Positions 21,335 to 32,259 of a DNA stretch of 64,000 nucleotides are shown in pieces. A program made the translations under genes and the position numbers. The notes beneath the pieces are model-generated. The model worked only from the letters and a program-made list of their open reading frames with translations, did no database searches and was not told where the DNA came from. Positions within the stretch are counted from its first letter, which is position 1; each line of letters begins with the position of its first letter. Source of the stretch: Aulosira sp. ZfuVER01 (GTDB lineage: Bacteria; Cyanobacteriota; Cyanobacteriia; Cyanobacteriales; Nostocaceae); NCBI GenBank assembly GCA_034530615.2, contig JAVRCV020000028.1:1-64000 (forward strand), given 5' to 3'.

Positions 21335-24300
21335 TTACGCTTCCGTACCCTTGGTTAAGCAATTCCGCAATTTTTCTGCAAGAACTTTTACAGATGGTTC
21401 GTTGAGTAAAGTCAAGTGAGAGCCAGGAATATAATGAATATCTATACCGCCAGTTACTAACTGACCCCAACCAAATTGCGGATCGTATTTTACACCTACT
21501 GCCTCACTTCGTGTCTCATCCTCAGTGCGCAGGAGAACGATTTGACCAGGATAAACTTGGAAATTATATTTTTTGACAGCTTGTAAATTAGTTTCCATGA
21601 CTTCTATATGCTGGTCAGTCTCCAATAGATGTTGAGTAATATCTAATAAATAATTAGGCCGTTCATTCTGGAAACGCTTATATCTTTGCTGCAAAAAGTA
21701 CTTGCCTCTATTGAAATTATCTTTTGCCCAATTGCGCCAAACTTCCGCCCTTTGCCAAAGGTAAGCTGGCCCTAGCTGTAAAAGATTATTGAAATGCTCA
21801 ACAATTCGCTTGAGGAATGGCGATCGCTGGTCACAACCTGGAATACTACTATCTAACATCGCCAGAAGAGCGACTTTTTGCCCTTGGCGTTGGAGTTGTT
21901 GCGCCATCTCGAAGGCAACTATACCACCAAAGGAGTATCCTCCCAGATAATAAGGCCCTTGAGGTTGAAGGGTTTGAATTTCTCGAATATAGTGGGCTGC
22001 CATGTCTTCAATTCGAGTTAGGAGAGGCTGTTTACCATCTAGCCCTTGTGGTTGTATTCCGTAAAATGGGCGATCGACTCCTAAATGCATTGCCAATTCC
22101 CGGAAACACAGCACTTCACCACCCAACCCATGTATACAAAAGAAAGGTGGTTTATCGCCTTGGGGTTGAATTGTCACCAAAGATGACCAAGCTGCTGGTG
22201 TAGTTACATTCAATCCTGTTTGCGGTTGCAGAATTTTCGCTAAAGATTCAATTGTTCCGGCTTGAAATAGGGTTGCCAATGGCAAATTTTTACCGAAAGC
22301 CTGCTCAATTTCCCAAAACAGCTTAATTGCTAACAGTGAATGTCCGCCCAATTCAAAGAAATTATCTCTCACCCCTATCGGCTGTACGCCCAAAACTTGT
22401 TGCCAAATTTCCACTAGTTGCTGTTCTACTTGATTCCGGGGTAGCACAATACTGACAGCAGAATTCCCACTGGCTGGTGCGGGTAGGACGCGGCGATCTA
22501 CCTTGCCATTCGGTGTCAGGGGTAGCTGTGGCAGAAAGACAAAGGCAGAGGGCACCATATATTCCGGCAATCTCTGTTGTAAATAGCGCCGCAATTCCTC
22601 TTGGCTGGGTGATGGTTGCGATTCAGCCACCAAATAGGCAACTAAGCGTTTGTCTCCGGGAACATCTTCTCTAGCGATGACTACAGTCTGCTTGATTGCT
22701 GGATGTTGCTCAAGTATAGTTTCAATTTCGCCCAATTCAATGCGGAAACCGCGCAACTTCACTTGATAGTCCAAGCGTCCGAGAAACTCAATATTGCCAT
22801 CACTCAGATAGCGACATAAATCTCCAGTTTTATAGAGTCGCTGCGATGCGAAATTCTCCCCAGGATAAACAATAAATTTTTCCTTTGTCAGTTCTTCTCG
22901 GTGCAGATAACCTCTAGCCAAGCCATCACCACCAACATACAATTCCCCAGGAATGCCAATTGGTAAAGGCTGCAAGTTACGATCGAGAATGTAGGTTTGG
23001 CTATTGGCGATCGCTCGACCAATCGGAATCGAACCTGTAATTTGGCTATGACTGTCGAGACTATAGCAACAGCTAAAGGTGGTGTTTTCTGTAGGACCGT
23101 AGCCATTAATCAACCGACAATTGCCGCCTGCTTGCAAGAGTTTTTTAACATGGGGTACAGATAACACATCACCTCCAGCTAACACTTGCCGCACTTGTTT
23201 AAGTTGGTCAACGTACTCATCTACCATCAGGTGGAACAGTCCGGCGGTTAACCACAGGATCGTCACTTGATAAGTAGCTAGTGCTTGTGCTAATTCTGGC
23301 AGCGTTGGTGTTTGGGGCGGCATAATTACCAACCGGGCACCGTTGAGCAAACATCCCCAAATTTCAAAGGTAGAGGCATCAAAGGAGATGGGTGCTAATT
23401 GTAAAAATACATCGGCGGCAGTGATCCTGACATAGTTGGTATCTTTGACCAAACGCACTACACCGCGATGGGTGACACTCACACCTTTAGGTTTGCCTGT
23501 GGAACCTGATGTGTAAATAATATATGCTAAGTTCTCGGCTGTAGTTTGGCTCAGGGGATTTTTCTGAGAGTAGGAAGCGAATACCTCAGCATCAGTATCA
23601 ATGTAAACTACCTTGGCTCCATATAAGGGTAGCTTACCTACTAGATGTTCTTGGGTGAGCAATACCTGAACTTGAGCATCTTCTAACATCTTACAAAGAC
23701 GCTCTTGGGGATATTGGGGGTCTAATGGCACATACACTCCACCAGCTTTCAGAATTGCCAATAACCCAATGACCATTTCTATTGAGCGTTCGGCAGCCAA
23801 TCCTACCATGACTTCTGTCCCCACACCCAAGCTTTGCAAGTGGTGGGCTAATTGATTGGCACGCTGATTTAATTGTTGATATGTTAGTTGTTGCTGCCCA
23901 AAGACGAGGGCTACAGCATCAGGTGTGGCTGTTACCTGGTTTTCAAATATTTGCTGGATGCTCGCTTGTCTTGGGTAGTCGGTTTGAGTTTGATTCCACT
24001 GCCATAATTGCTGCTGTTCAGCAGTTGTGAGTAAGGGGAGGTGGGAAATGGGTTTTTCTGGTTGAGCGATAATCGCTGTCAATAATGTCTGGAAATGCCC
24101 CAACATCCGGCTGATGCTTCCATCTTCCCAGAGGTCGGTGTTATATTCGACGCTGCCTTTGATGCCTGTGGCGGTTTCGCTGAGTTCAAAGGTTAAATCG
24201 AATTTGGCTGTGCCTGTATGTACTGGCAAGGTGGTAATGTCGATTCCTGGTAGTTCCAGTTCTTGGTTGAAGGCGTTCTGGAGGACAAACATCACCTGGA

Positions 24301-27274
24301 AGAGGGGATGGTAACTTAAAGAACGCTCTGGTTGCAGGTGTTCGACAAGTTTTTCAAAGGGCAGGTCGGCGTGGGCATAAGCATTTAATGCCACTGTCCG
24401 CACTTGCCCTAGGAGTTGGCGAAAGCTGGGATTGCCTCCTAGATGGCTGCGTAATACTAAGGTGTTGACAAAAAAGCCAATTAGCCCTTCGGTTTCTGCA
24501 TGGTTGCGTCCAGCGATCGCTGAACCAATTAAAATATCTTCTTGTTGGCTATATCGGTAAAGCAGAGTTTGCAGTCCTGCCAACAAAGTCATGAACAGAG
24601 TGACGCCTTCTTGCTGTGACAGCTTTTGCAAGGCTTGAGTTAATTCCTGGGATAAGGTGAATGTCTGCCTTTCACCCTGGTATGTCTGGACTAGAGGCCG
24701 GGGGCGGTCTGTGGGTAATTCTAGTAATGGTGCAGCGCCTGCTAGTTGCTGTTGCCAATAGTTAAGTTGGTTTTCGAGTACTTCACCTTTTAGCCATTGT
24801 CTTTGCCAAACAGCATAGTCGGCATACTGAATCGGCAATTCGACCAGAGGGTTGGGTTGGTTGTGGGCAAACGCTGGATATAGTTGGGTTAACTGTTGCC
24901 AGAGGATACCCATTGACCACCCATCACTGGCGATGTGGTGCATCACTAACAGTAAGATGTGTTCTTCTGCGTCAAGTTGGAGTAAGCAGCCACGCAACAT
25001 CAGGTCGGTGGCGAAGTTGAAGGGTCGTTGTGTTTGCTGCTGTAGTAATTGCTCGATTTGAGCGGGGCGATCGCTCTCTGGTATATCTTGGAGGTTGAAT
25101 ACTAATAGTTCTACGGCACGGGGTGGTTGGATAACTTGGATGGGGTTGCCATCTTCGATAATAAAGTTGGTGCGTAGGGCTTCGTGGTGCGCAACTATTG
25201 CATCTAGGGATTTTTGCAGAATTGTGATGTTAAGCGCACCTTGTAATTGCAGTGCTTCTGCAATGTGATAAATTGAGTTGCCCGGTTGGAGTTGTTCCCA
25301 AAACCACAAGCGCTGCTGGGCGAATGATAAGGGTAGTGATGTGCGGTTAGCTTTAGGTATTTGCCGTAACTGCTGGGTGTTGTGCGATCGCTGTGCGATG
25401 AACTGTGCTAACTGGGCAATTGTGGGTTGGGCAAACAGCGATTGTAAGGCGATTTCTACTTTAAAAGCTTGGCGAATGCGCGAAATCGCTTGAGTTGCTA
25501 GTAGGGAGTGTCCGCCTAGTTCAAAGAAGTTGTCATTGATACCGATTTTTTCTCTTCCCAGCAGTTGCGACCAAATGGCAGCGATTTTTTCTTCTGTAGT
25601 GGTGCGTGGCGCTACATAATCGGTTGCTAAACTTACTGACACTATTTCTGGCGCTGGTAAAGCTTGCCTGTCTATTTTGCCATTGGGATTTAAAGGTAGA
25701 GCATCTAAAAATACAAATGCGGCAGGCACCATGTAGTCAGGTAGCTTACCTTGCAAAAAGCTGCGCAATTCGCTCTGGGTAGGAACTTGTTTGGATTGAG
25801 CAACAATATATGCTACTAGCTGCTTGTTGCGGGACACATCTTCTCTATCTATAACTATGGCCTGTTTCACCGCCAGATGTTGAGCGATCGCGGTTTCAAT
25901 TTCTCCCAATTCAATGCGGAAGCCACGGATTTTTACCTGGTGATCGATTCTTCCTAAAAATTCTATGTTTCCATCTGGTAAGAAACGTGCTAAATCTCCA
26001 GTTTTATATAGGCGGGTTCCGGCTTCGCTATCAAAGGGGTTAGGTATAAACTTCTGCTTAGTTAATTCTGGACGGTTGAGATAGCCTCTGGCTAAACCCA
26101 TACCACCAATGTGTAATTCCCCTGCTTCTCCCACTGGTACAGGCTGTAAATCTTCATCCAGAATATAAATTTGTGTATTGGCAATAGGGCGACCGATCGG
26201 TGCAAAACTGTAATCAGTTCCTCGTTGGCAAGTCCAAAAGGTAGCATCAATCGCCGCTTCTGTTGGGCCATAGCAATTCACGAGAACATTATCCAACTGC
26301 AAACGGGCAAAGAACCGTTCTACAAGTTCAATAGGTAACGCTTCGCCGCCACTGGTAATGTGTCTGAGACTTTGACAATTCTCGATTCCCTCCTCTTCCA
26401 GTAATACACGCATCATGGAGGGTACTAAAGCCATGACGGTGATTTGCTGCTTGGTAATTGTCTCGATCAGGTAGGTTGGATCTTGATGCCCACCTGGACG
26501 AGCCATAATTAGCTGTGCCCCAAACAACAAAGTCCAAAATATCTGCCAAACAGATGGGTCAAAGCTAAAAGAAATAGTCTGTAAAACTTTATCTTGCGGA
26601 GTTAATTTAAAGGTATTTTGTCGCCAGTAAAGCGTATTACAAATACTACGATGGGCGATCGTTACACCTTTGGGCTTTCCTGTAGAACCTGATGTATAGA
26701 TTACATAGCTTAAATTATCAAGTGTGACTTCAGTTACAGGATTTTCTTGGCTATTATGAGCAATAATTTCCCAATCTGAGTCTAAACAAACAACTTGTGT
26801 TTGAGCTGTAGTTAGGTTCTTAGCTAATGACTTTACAGTTAAGATTAAAGGCGTTTGAGTATCTTCTAATATAAAGGTTAAACGTTCTTGAGGATAGGCT
26901 GGGTCCAAGGGTACATAAGCTGCACCCGCCTTGAGGATACCTAACAGACCGACCACCATTTCCAGAGAACGTTCTAAACAAATGCCAACCAATACCTCTG
27001 GGCCAACGCCTAAGTTTTTTAGATAGTTTGCCAGTTGATTAGCTCTGGTATTTAATTCACGATAAGTCAATTGTTGGTTGCCAAATATTACAGCCACCGC
27101 ATTGGGTGTCTGCTCAACTTGTGCCGTAAATAATTCATGAAGACACAAATTTGTAGTGTGAATTCCTTCAGTTTCGTACCACTCCTGCCAAATTTGCCTA
27201 TCTGCGTGAATATTGTGCTGATATTCAAATTTTCTACTAACTATACTCATAATAAAAAAAATTAATCTATTCAA
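21335..27274 (-). CDS. Two-module non-ribosomal peptide synthetase A-T-C-A-T-TE
   Basis: Two YTSGSTGKPKG/YGPTE/YKTGD A domains, two GGHSL carrier domains, C domain HHIASDGWS, TE GYSFGG. Start may be the ATG at 27250. Confidence 0.96.
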   Translation of the reverse strand: MNRLIFFIMSIVSRKFEYQHNIHADRQIWQEWYETEGIHTTNLCLHELFTAQVEQTPNAVAVIFGNQQLTYRELNTRANQLANYLKNLGVGPEVLVGICLERSLEMVVGLLGILKAGAAYVPLDPAYPQERLTFILEDTQTPLILTVKSLAKNLTTAQTQVVCLDSDWEIIAHNSQENPVTEVTLDNLSYVIYTSGSTGKPKGVTIAHRSICNTLYWRQNTFKLTPQDKVLQTISFSFDPSVWQIFWTLLFGAQLIMARPGGHQDPTYLIETITKQQITVMALVPSMMRVLLEEEGIENCQSLRHITSGGEALPIELVERFFARLQLDNVLVNCYGPTEAAIDATFWTCQRGTDYSFAPIGRPIANTQIYILDEDLQPVPVGEAGELHIGGMGLARGYLNRPELTKQKFIPNPFDSEAGTRLYKTGDLARFLPDGNIEFLGRIDHQVKIRGFRIELGEIETAIAQHLAVKQAIVIDREDVSRNKQLVAYIVAQSKQVPTQSELRSFLQGKLPDYMVPAAFVFLDALPLNPNGKIDRQALPAPEIVSVSLATDYVAPRTTTEEKIAAIWSQLLGREKIGINDNFFELGGHSLLATQAISRIRQAFKVEIALQSLFAQPTIAQLAQFIAQRSHNTQQLRQIPKANRTSLPLSFAQQRLWFWEQLQPGNSIYHIAEALQLQGALNITILQKSLDAIVAHHEALRTNFIIEDGNPIQVIQPPRAVELLVFNLQDIPESDRPAQIEQLLQQQTQRPFNFATDLMLRGCLLQLDAEEHILLLVMHHIASDGWSMGILWQQLTQLYPAFAHNQPNPLVELPIQYADYAVWQRQWLKGEVLENQLNYWQQQLAGAAPLLELPTDRPRPLVQTYQGERQTFTLSQELTQALQKLSQQEGVTLFMTLLAGLQTLLYRYSQQEDILIGSAIAGRNHAETEGLIGFFVNTLVLRSHLGGNPSFRQLLGQVRTVALNAYAHADLPFEKLVEHLQPERSLSYHPLFQVMFVLQNAFNQELELPGIDITTLPVHTGTAKFDLTFELSETATGIKGSVEYNTDLWEDGSISRMLGHFQTLLTAIIAQPEKPISHLPLLTTAEQQQLWQWNQTQTDYPRQASIQQIFENQVTATPDAVALVFGQQQLTYQQLNQRANQLAHHLQSLGVGTEVMVGLAAERSIEMVIGLLAILKAGGVYVPLDPQYPQERLCKMLEDAQVQVLLTQEHLVGKLPLYGAKVVYIDTDAEVFASYSQKNPLSQTTAENLAYIIYTSGSTGKPKGVSVTHRGVVRLVKDTNYVRITAADVFLQLAPISFDASTFEIWGCLLNGARLVIMPPQTPTLPELAQALATYQVTILWLTAGLFHLMVDEYVDQLKQVRQVLAGGDVLSVPHVKKLLQAGGNCRLINGYGPTENTTFSCCYSLDSHSQITGSIPIGRAIANSQTYILDRNLQPLPIGIPGELYVGGDGLARGYLHREELTKEKFIVYPGENFASQRLYKTGDLCRYLSDGNIEFLGRLDYQVKLRGFRIELGEIETILEQHPAIKQTVVIAREDVPGDKRLVAYLVAESQPSPSQEELRRYLQQRLPEYMVPSAFVFLPQLPLTPNGKVDRRVLPAPASGNSAVSIVLPRNQVEQQLVEIWQQVLGVQPIGVRDNFFELGGHSLLAIKLFWEIEQAFGKNLPLATLFQAGTIESLAKILQPQTGLNVTTPAAWSSLVTIQPQGDKPPFFCIHGLGGEVLCFRELAMHLGVDRPFYGIQPQGLDGKQPLLTRIEDMAAHYIREIQTLQPQGPYYLGGYSFGGIVAFEMAQQLQRQGQKVALLAMLDSSIPGCDQRSPFLKRIVEHFNNLLQLGPAYLWQRAEVWRNWAKDNFNRGKYFLQQRYKRFQNERPNYLLDITQHLLETDQHIEVMETNLQAVKKYNFQVYPGQIVLLRTEDETRSEAVGVKYDPQFGWGQLVTGGIDIHYIPGSHLTLLNEPSVKVLAEKLRNCLTKGTEA

Positions 27275-27949
27275 TTAATACATGACTAAAGATTCCTTCT
27301 TCAGTTGTAGTTTTGCTAAAGCTAAGGCTTGATGAGCATTCTCGAAATTATTGTCATCTTTAAATCTTTTTTCAAAGCGCTTTAAATAAGCTTCAAGATA
27401 CCGAATCCTAACATTTAAATCATCTGCACTCTGAATAAAGGGAAGATCCGATTCAACCATAAAGCGGATAGCTAGCATGGGAATAGGACTACGAAGAGGA
27501 CGAAAATTGGGATTGTGCAAACCAGGAGTTTGATTGCGCTTGTGAAATTCTCCTAGCATCAATCCTGATTCTACAAATAAAGGTTTAAGTTGTTTTTGAA
27601 CACTATCAATTAGTCTAGGCGCATCGTCATGACTAATGTCGGGAAAAAGAAGTAATATTGCTTTATTTAACGAATCTTCTTGCTCTCTTGGTTCTAACTC
27701 TAGAAAAGTATTTAGGTACGGTAGAACTATATCTACAACTTGCTGCTGAACCAAATTATGAGAACGAATAACTCTCAGGCGAATGTAATCTAATTTTATA
27801 GCTTTTGGTGCAAATGGACACACAGGCCCAGGTCTACCTAAATCAGGATGAGGTCTAGCTAAAAACGTTTTCAACCATTGAGACGTTTCTATTAAATATG
27901 GTAGATCTTGCTGGAGTTGTTCAATTTCACTAAGGGTATATAGTTCCAT
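27275..27949 (-). CDS. DUF6875-like putative tailoring enzyme
   Basis: HPDLGRPGPVCPF, GLMLGEFH, GLHNPNFRPLRSPIPMLAIRFMVESDLPF motifs; abuts the NRPS. Confidence 0.75.
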   Translation of the reverse strand: MELYTLSEIEQLQQDLPYLIETSQWLKTFLARPHPDLGRPGPVCPFAPKAIKLDYIRLRVIRSHNLVQQQVVDIVLPYLNTFLELEPREQEDSLNKAILLLFPDISHDDAPRLIDSVQKQLKPLFVESGLMLGEFHKRNQTPGLHNPNFRPLRSPIPMLAIRFMVESDLPFIQSADDLNVRIRYLEAYLKRFEKRFKDDNNFENAHQALALAKLQLKKESLVMY

Positions 27950-28999
27950 TTTACCTTAATAGATATAATTTACTTGTTTGGGATCTAGGAATTAAACTAT
28001 ATAGGCTATTCCTAGTGGATTTTTTAAATTACAAAATGAATAAATGCAGAACTATGCTTTTGTTTGAATTATTTTTTCGCATTTAGACATTAGGCAAATT
28101 ATTTATATTAAATTTGAAACCTCTTTTCAAGTAAATCTATCTAAATATATAACCTCTATCTGATTTTTGCGACGCTTGATACACCTCTAATGATTTACTT
28201 ATTGTTCCTCATTACATCATTTTAAGAGTAATTTCAGGAAGCAAATGTGATTGCTAGATGATATATATACAATCAGAATTCATAAATATCTTAAGATAAT
28301 CACCAAAAACTATTATTTTATCTTTGTGTTAGTTAAGATCCAATAATAGATAATTTATGGACACTATCAACTAATTCAAAGCAGTAGAATCAATAAAATA
28401 AGTTTTTGTGGATCGAAAGAATATTCATAAAGCTGAAAGTAACTTTAAAAATCGTCTTATTAATGATTTACATAAATCTACGAAATCCACAATATTACTG
28501 ATGTTATTTCATACAATCTTTATGTATGAGCCTCATTTATGCAGTTACTAGCTAGCTATTAGAGGGTTATTTGCTGTATTGGGTAAAGCATTCGTGACGA
28601 ATGAAGATGATATTTTTCAAAACTCAATATTTTTACGTAAGTATAAACTGAGCCTACGAGTTCAAGCTTGAGACTTCTAACAGAATCGGCAGGAGGTCAC
28701 TTTTAGATACATTTGGGTAGCAGGATAGGAGTGCAGAGAGCAGTGGGCAATCAAGCGCCTATTTTCTTTAAAGACAGTGCCTCATCTTACTCAGCAAAAC
28801 CAGTACTCTACTAGAATCCGCCTGAACTGTGTCTACGCTACTACGTTGCTAACACCATGCGACTGGCTCCTCAGTATACTGTTTCGGTGAGCCAAAGCCG
28901 AAACAGCAATCGAGACCACTGAGAGAAACTTAATTCACCTGCGAGAAAATAGCCTTTTCTGGGAAACCTAATCAATATGACGGGTATGAAAGTACTCAC

Positions 29000-29641
29000 G
29001 TGGTTTCTTTAAACAATTCAAGTTTTATGCAACAGTTCAAAGATAAAGTTACGAATAAATTAGAGCGAATGTTAGAGCAACATTTAGTACCGCGTCTAGT
29101 AAAGTGGGGAGAATACTTAGAAAATAAAATCAGGCGTTATAAACATCAACAACTAAAGTCCCAATTGAAATTTTGTGGTTCAGGTGTGCGGTTTAAGCGA
29201 GATCTTAGAATTGACAACCCTCAAAATATATCTCTAGGAAATCAAGTCTACATTGGCCCAAATGTTTTATTAGATGGTCGTGGTGGAATCACAATTGACG
29301 ACAACACCACACTTGGATTTAACGTTGTTATCCTCTCTGCTAACCATGACTATCAAAGTAACGATCTTCCCTATGAATATAATGTCTACATTCATAAACC
29401 TGTGGTTATCGGTCGCAATGTTTGGATTGGCGGAAATGTCCTAATTATTCCAGGAGTTACGATTGGTGATGGTGCGATTGTGGCAGCTGGTACTGTTGTA
29501 ACTGCTAATGTTGAACCTTTAGCAATTGTCGGGAATCAACCTATGCGAACAATCAAATACCGCGATCGCGAACACTATGAACGACTTGCTAGCAAGCAAA
29601 AAACTCAAACTGAAGTATTAGCTCAAAATTTCGATAGCTAA
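29000..29641 (+). CDS. Hexapeptide-repeat O-acyltransferase (LbH, maltose/galactoside acetyltransferase-like)
   Basis: ILSANHD; PVVIGRNVWIGGNVLIIPGVTIGDGAIVAAGTVV. Confidence 0.88.
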   Translation: MVSLNNSSFMQQFKDKVTNKLERMLEQHLVPRLVKWGEYLENKIRRYKHQQLKSQLKFCGSGVRFKRDLRIDNPQNISLGNQVYIGPNVLLDGRGGITIDDNTTLGFNVVILSANHDYQSNDLPYEYNVYIHKPVVIGRNVWIGGNVLIIPGVTIGDGAIVAAGTVVTANVEPLAIVGNQPMRTIKYRDREHYERLASKQKTQTEVLAQNFDS

Positions 29642-29703
29642 TCTCAATTCAAATAATGTCTGCGATACATAAATTATTAGTCAGGGCATAATATTGATCA
29701 TAC

Positions 29704-29897
29704 GTGTCAACTTAACGCGAAACCCTGTTAGCGCAAGGAACTTCAGTTCCTTGCTAATAGCAAAAGTCATCTGAAGATGACTAAATATCCTCAAAATCTT
29801 GAGTCTACTTCAGTAGACTAGGGCTATTAGCCTGAGAATGAATTCTCAGGCGGGCGACAAAGCTAACACAGAAGCTATTTTTAGCTTAAGTTGACAC
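29704..29897. mobile_element. MITE with 12-bp TIRs carrying four short palindromes
   Basis: GTGTCAACTTAA...TTAAGTTGACAC; hairpins at 29733-29754, 29765-29782, 29802-29819, 29830-29851. Confidence 0.8.
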
Positions 29898-30029
29898 CAA
29901 TGAATATTGTTTTGCCCCTACCCATCTGTTGCATTACTCTTTAAATTAGTATAAATCTAAATCTATAAGATTGATAAAGTTCCCCCTTTGCAATAATAAA
30001 TTGAAATTAAGGGGGAATTTGCTGTTGAC

Positions 30030-31409
30030 TTAAACTGCTACTGGCGTACTTGCACGCTTTATTTGAGGTCTGGCAATCATTCGCATTCCTGCCGGTGGGG
30101 CGACAGTTAAACCACGGCGCACAGGGTATACAGGATGTTTGCTAACCCCTGAAACTTGAAAATGCGACAGAATTGTTGCTAAGACAATTTTCATTTCATA
30201 CTGAGCAAATGCTAAACCGATACACCGACGATTACCGCCCCCAAAAGGTAAATATTCGTATGGGGAAAATTGTCTTTCTAAAAAGCGTTCTGGTTGGAAC
30301 TTTTTGGGATTTGGATAAACTTCTGGGCGATGATGTGCTAAGTAAATACTGGGGATAATTACATTTTTCTCAGGAATTGTGTAGCCAGTAATTTCAATTG
30401 GGGATTTCACAATCCTTGGTACACCATTCATCACGATTGGATAAATCCGCAAGGTTTCTTGACAAACTGCTGTTAAATAGGGCAATTTTGCAATACTACT
30501 CGGATCTGAGTTGATAATAATAGTATCTAGTTCTCGCAGCAACTTTTCTTGAACTTCTGGTAACTGGTCAATCCAGTAAAAAGCCCATGTTAATGCAGAA
30601 GCAGTAGTTTCATGTCCTGCAACTAACAATGTCATTAATTCATCACGCAATTCTATCTCAGACATTGGTTGCCCATCGTCATAACGAGCAGCCATCATTA
30701 GGCTAAGAATATCTTGCCGATTTTGCTGAGTTTCCGTCCGACGTTCCGCAATCAAAGCATAAATGAGTCGATCAATTTGCTGTATTAAGCGCATCACTCG
30801 ACCCCACGGACTCCAAGCTCCTAAATCTTTTTGTAAGAAGCTAAAAAAGAAGGCACTGGACATCAAGGGAGCACCCATGAAATCTAACAAAGAAGATAGC
30901 AAATGCCGAAGTTCTTGAAAACGCTGTCCTTCATCTAAGCCAAACACCACCCGTAAAATGACGCGCAAGGTGATTTCTTGCATTGAACTACGGATATTGA
31001 AAGGTTTGCCTATATTCCATTCATTACTTACCTGCTCAGTTATTTTACGAATGTCTTCACCGTAGGCGCGCATTCTTTCGCCATGAAAAGGCGGGGTTAA
31101 TAATTGACGTTGGCGCTGATGGCGATCGCCATCGAGTAAAATCAAAGAGTTATCGCCCAGTAAAAATCCTAAACCCCCACTACCTACCCCAGACACAAAA
31201 TGCTTGGGATCGGCAGTAAAAATCTGCTCCAGTGCTTCAGGTTGGCTAAAGTAGATAATATGAGTATCTTTGCTACCCCAAATAGTAAAGCGATCGCCGT
31301 AGGTTTGAGCAAAATCTTCCACATATTTCACAGGCTGAGTAATAAACTTGACCAGCCGCAAAAAACGCGAGACTTTGGGGCCATCAGGTAGACTATTAGT
31401 GACTGTCAT
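30030..31409 (-). CDS. Cytochrome P450 (CYP110-like)
   Basis: AGHETT I-helix, ETLR, PERF, heme motif FGGGNRRCIG. Confidence 0.95.
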   Translation of the reverse strand: MTVTNSLPDGPKVSRFLRLVKFITQPVKYVEDFAQTYGDRFTIWGSKDTHIIYFSQPEALEQIFTADPKHFVSGVGSGGLGFLLGDNSLILLDGDRHQRQRQLLTPPFHGERMRAYGEDIRKITEQVSNEWNIGKPFNIRSSMQEITLRVILRVVFGLDEGQRFQELRHLLSSLLDFMGAPLMSSAFFFSFLQKDLGAWSPWGRVMRLIQQIDRLIYALIAERRTETQQNRQDILSLMMAARYDDGQPMSEIELRDELMTLLVAGHETTASALTWAFYWIDQLPEVQEKLLRELDTIIINSDPSSIAKLPYLTAVCQETLRIYPIVMNGVPRIVKSPIEITGYTIPEKNVIIPSIYLAHHRPEVYPNPKKFQPERFLERQFSPYEYLPFGGGNRRCIGLAFAQYEMKIVLATILSHFQVSGVSKHPVYPVRRGLTVAPPAGMRMIARPQIKRASTPVAV

Positions 31410-31626
31410 ATCAACACAGAGGATAAGTTCCGGATTTTATTGTTACAAGTTTTTTGATGATTGACAGCCATTTGTCATTAGTTACTAGTCAATGAGTCAA
31501 GACTTATTAGTTATTTCTCCCTTGTCCTTCTCATCCCTTACTTACCGATTGTAAGTAAGTGTTAGCAAAATAAGTCTTCGAGGCACAAAGCAGTATATTC
31601 TTGTATGGCAGCGTCGGAAGTGAACA

Positions 31627-32259
31627 GTGCCAAAAATCATCGCTATACTCAACGGTAAAGGAGGTGTCGGGAAAACGACTACCGCAGTCAATCTAACTGC
31701 AAACTTTGCCCAAGAAAAAAAGGTGATTCTGATTGACGCAGATATTCAAGGATCTGCCAGTTGGTGGTTTGGGCGTAATCAGAATGGTATGGGATTTGAT
31801 TTGTCTCAAGAAACTAATCCGAAACTTTTAGGTGATTTAAGAAAGCTAACCGGTTACGATTTAGTAGTAGTGGATACGCCTCCGGCGCTGCGCTCTGAAG
31901 CATTGGCGACGGTAGTAGCGATCGCAGATTATCTGGTTTTACCTACACCCCCAGCAGCAATGGATCTAGCTGTCCTAGTTGAGACAGTCAGAAAAGCTGT
32001 CACTCCGGTGGGAGTTCCCCATCGGGTGCTGCTGACTAAAGTTGATACGCGGAGTTTGGGGGAAGCAGTTGAGGCACAAAACACTCTCATGCGATTAGGA
32101 ATTCCTGCTTTTAAAACCTTTATCCGTGCCTATAAAGCGCACGAACGAGCAGCACTTGAGGGTGTACCCATTACTCAATGGCGAGGAAAACACGCACTGG
32201 AAGCGGAATCTGACTATCGCCGTGTGGCCAATGAATTACAGCTTGACTGGAGGAAATAA
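31627..32259 (+). CDS. mcdA: ParA-family ATPase, probable carboxysome-positioning McdA
   Basis: Deviant Walker [15 protein letters not shown] double Trp, DTPP; coupled to a McdB-like gene. Confidence 0.78.
   Translation: MPKIIAILNGKGGVGKTTTAVNLTANFAQEKKVILIDADIQGSASWWFGRNQNGMGFDLSQETNPKLLGDLRKLTGYDLVVVDTPPALRSEALATVVAIADYLVLPTPPAAMDLAVLVETVRKAVTPVGVPHRVLLTKVDTRSLGEAVEAQNTLMRLGIPAFKTFIRAYKAHERAALEGVPITQWRGKHALEAESDYRRVANELQLDWRK

Noticed and set aside
21335..27274. NRPS as a lyngbyatoxin-type Val-Trp synthetase
   Set aside because: No N-methyltransferase or reductase domain, the Val-type module is second, and there is no prenyltransferase
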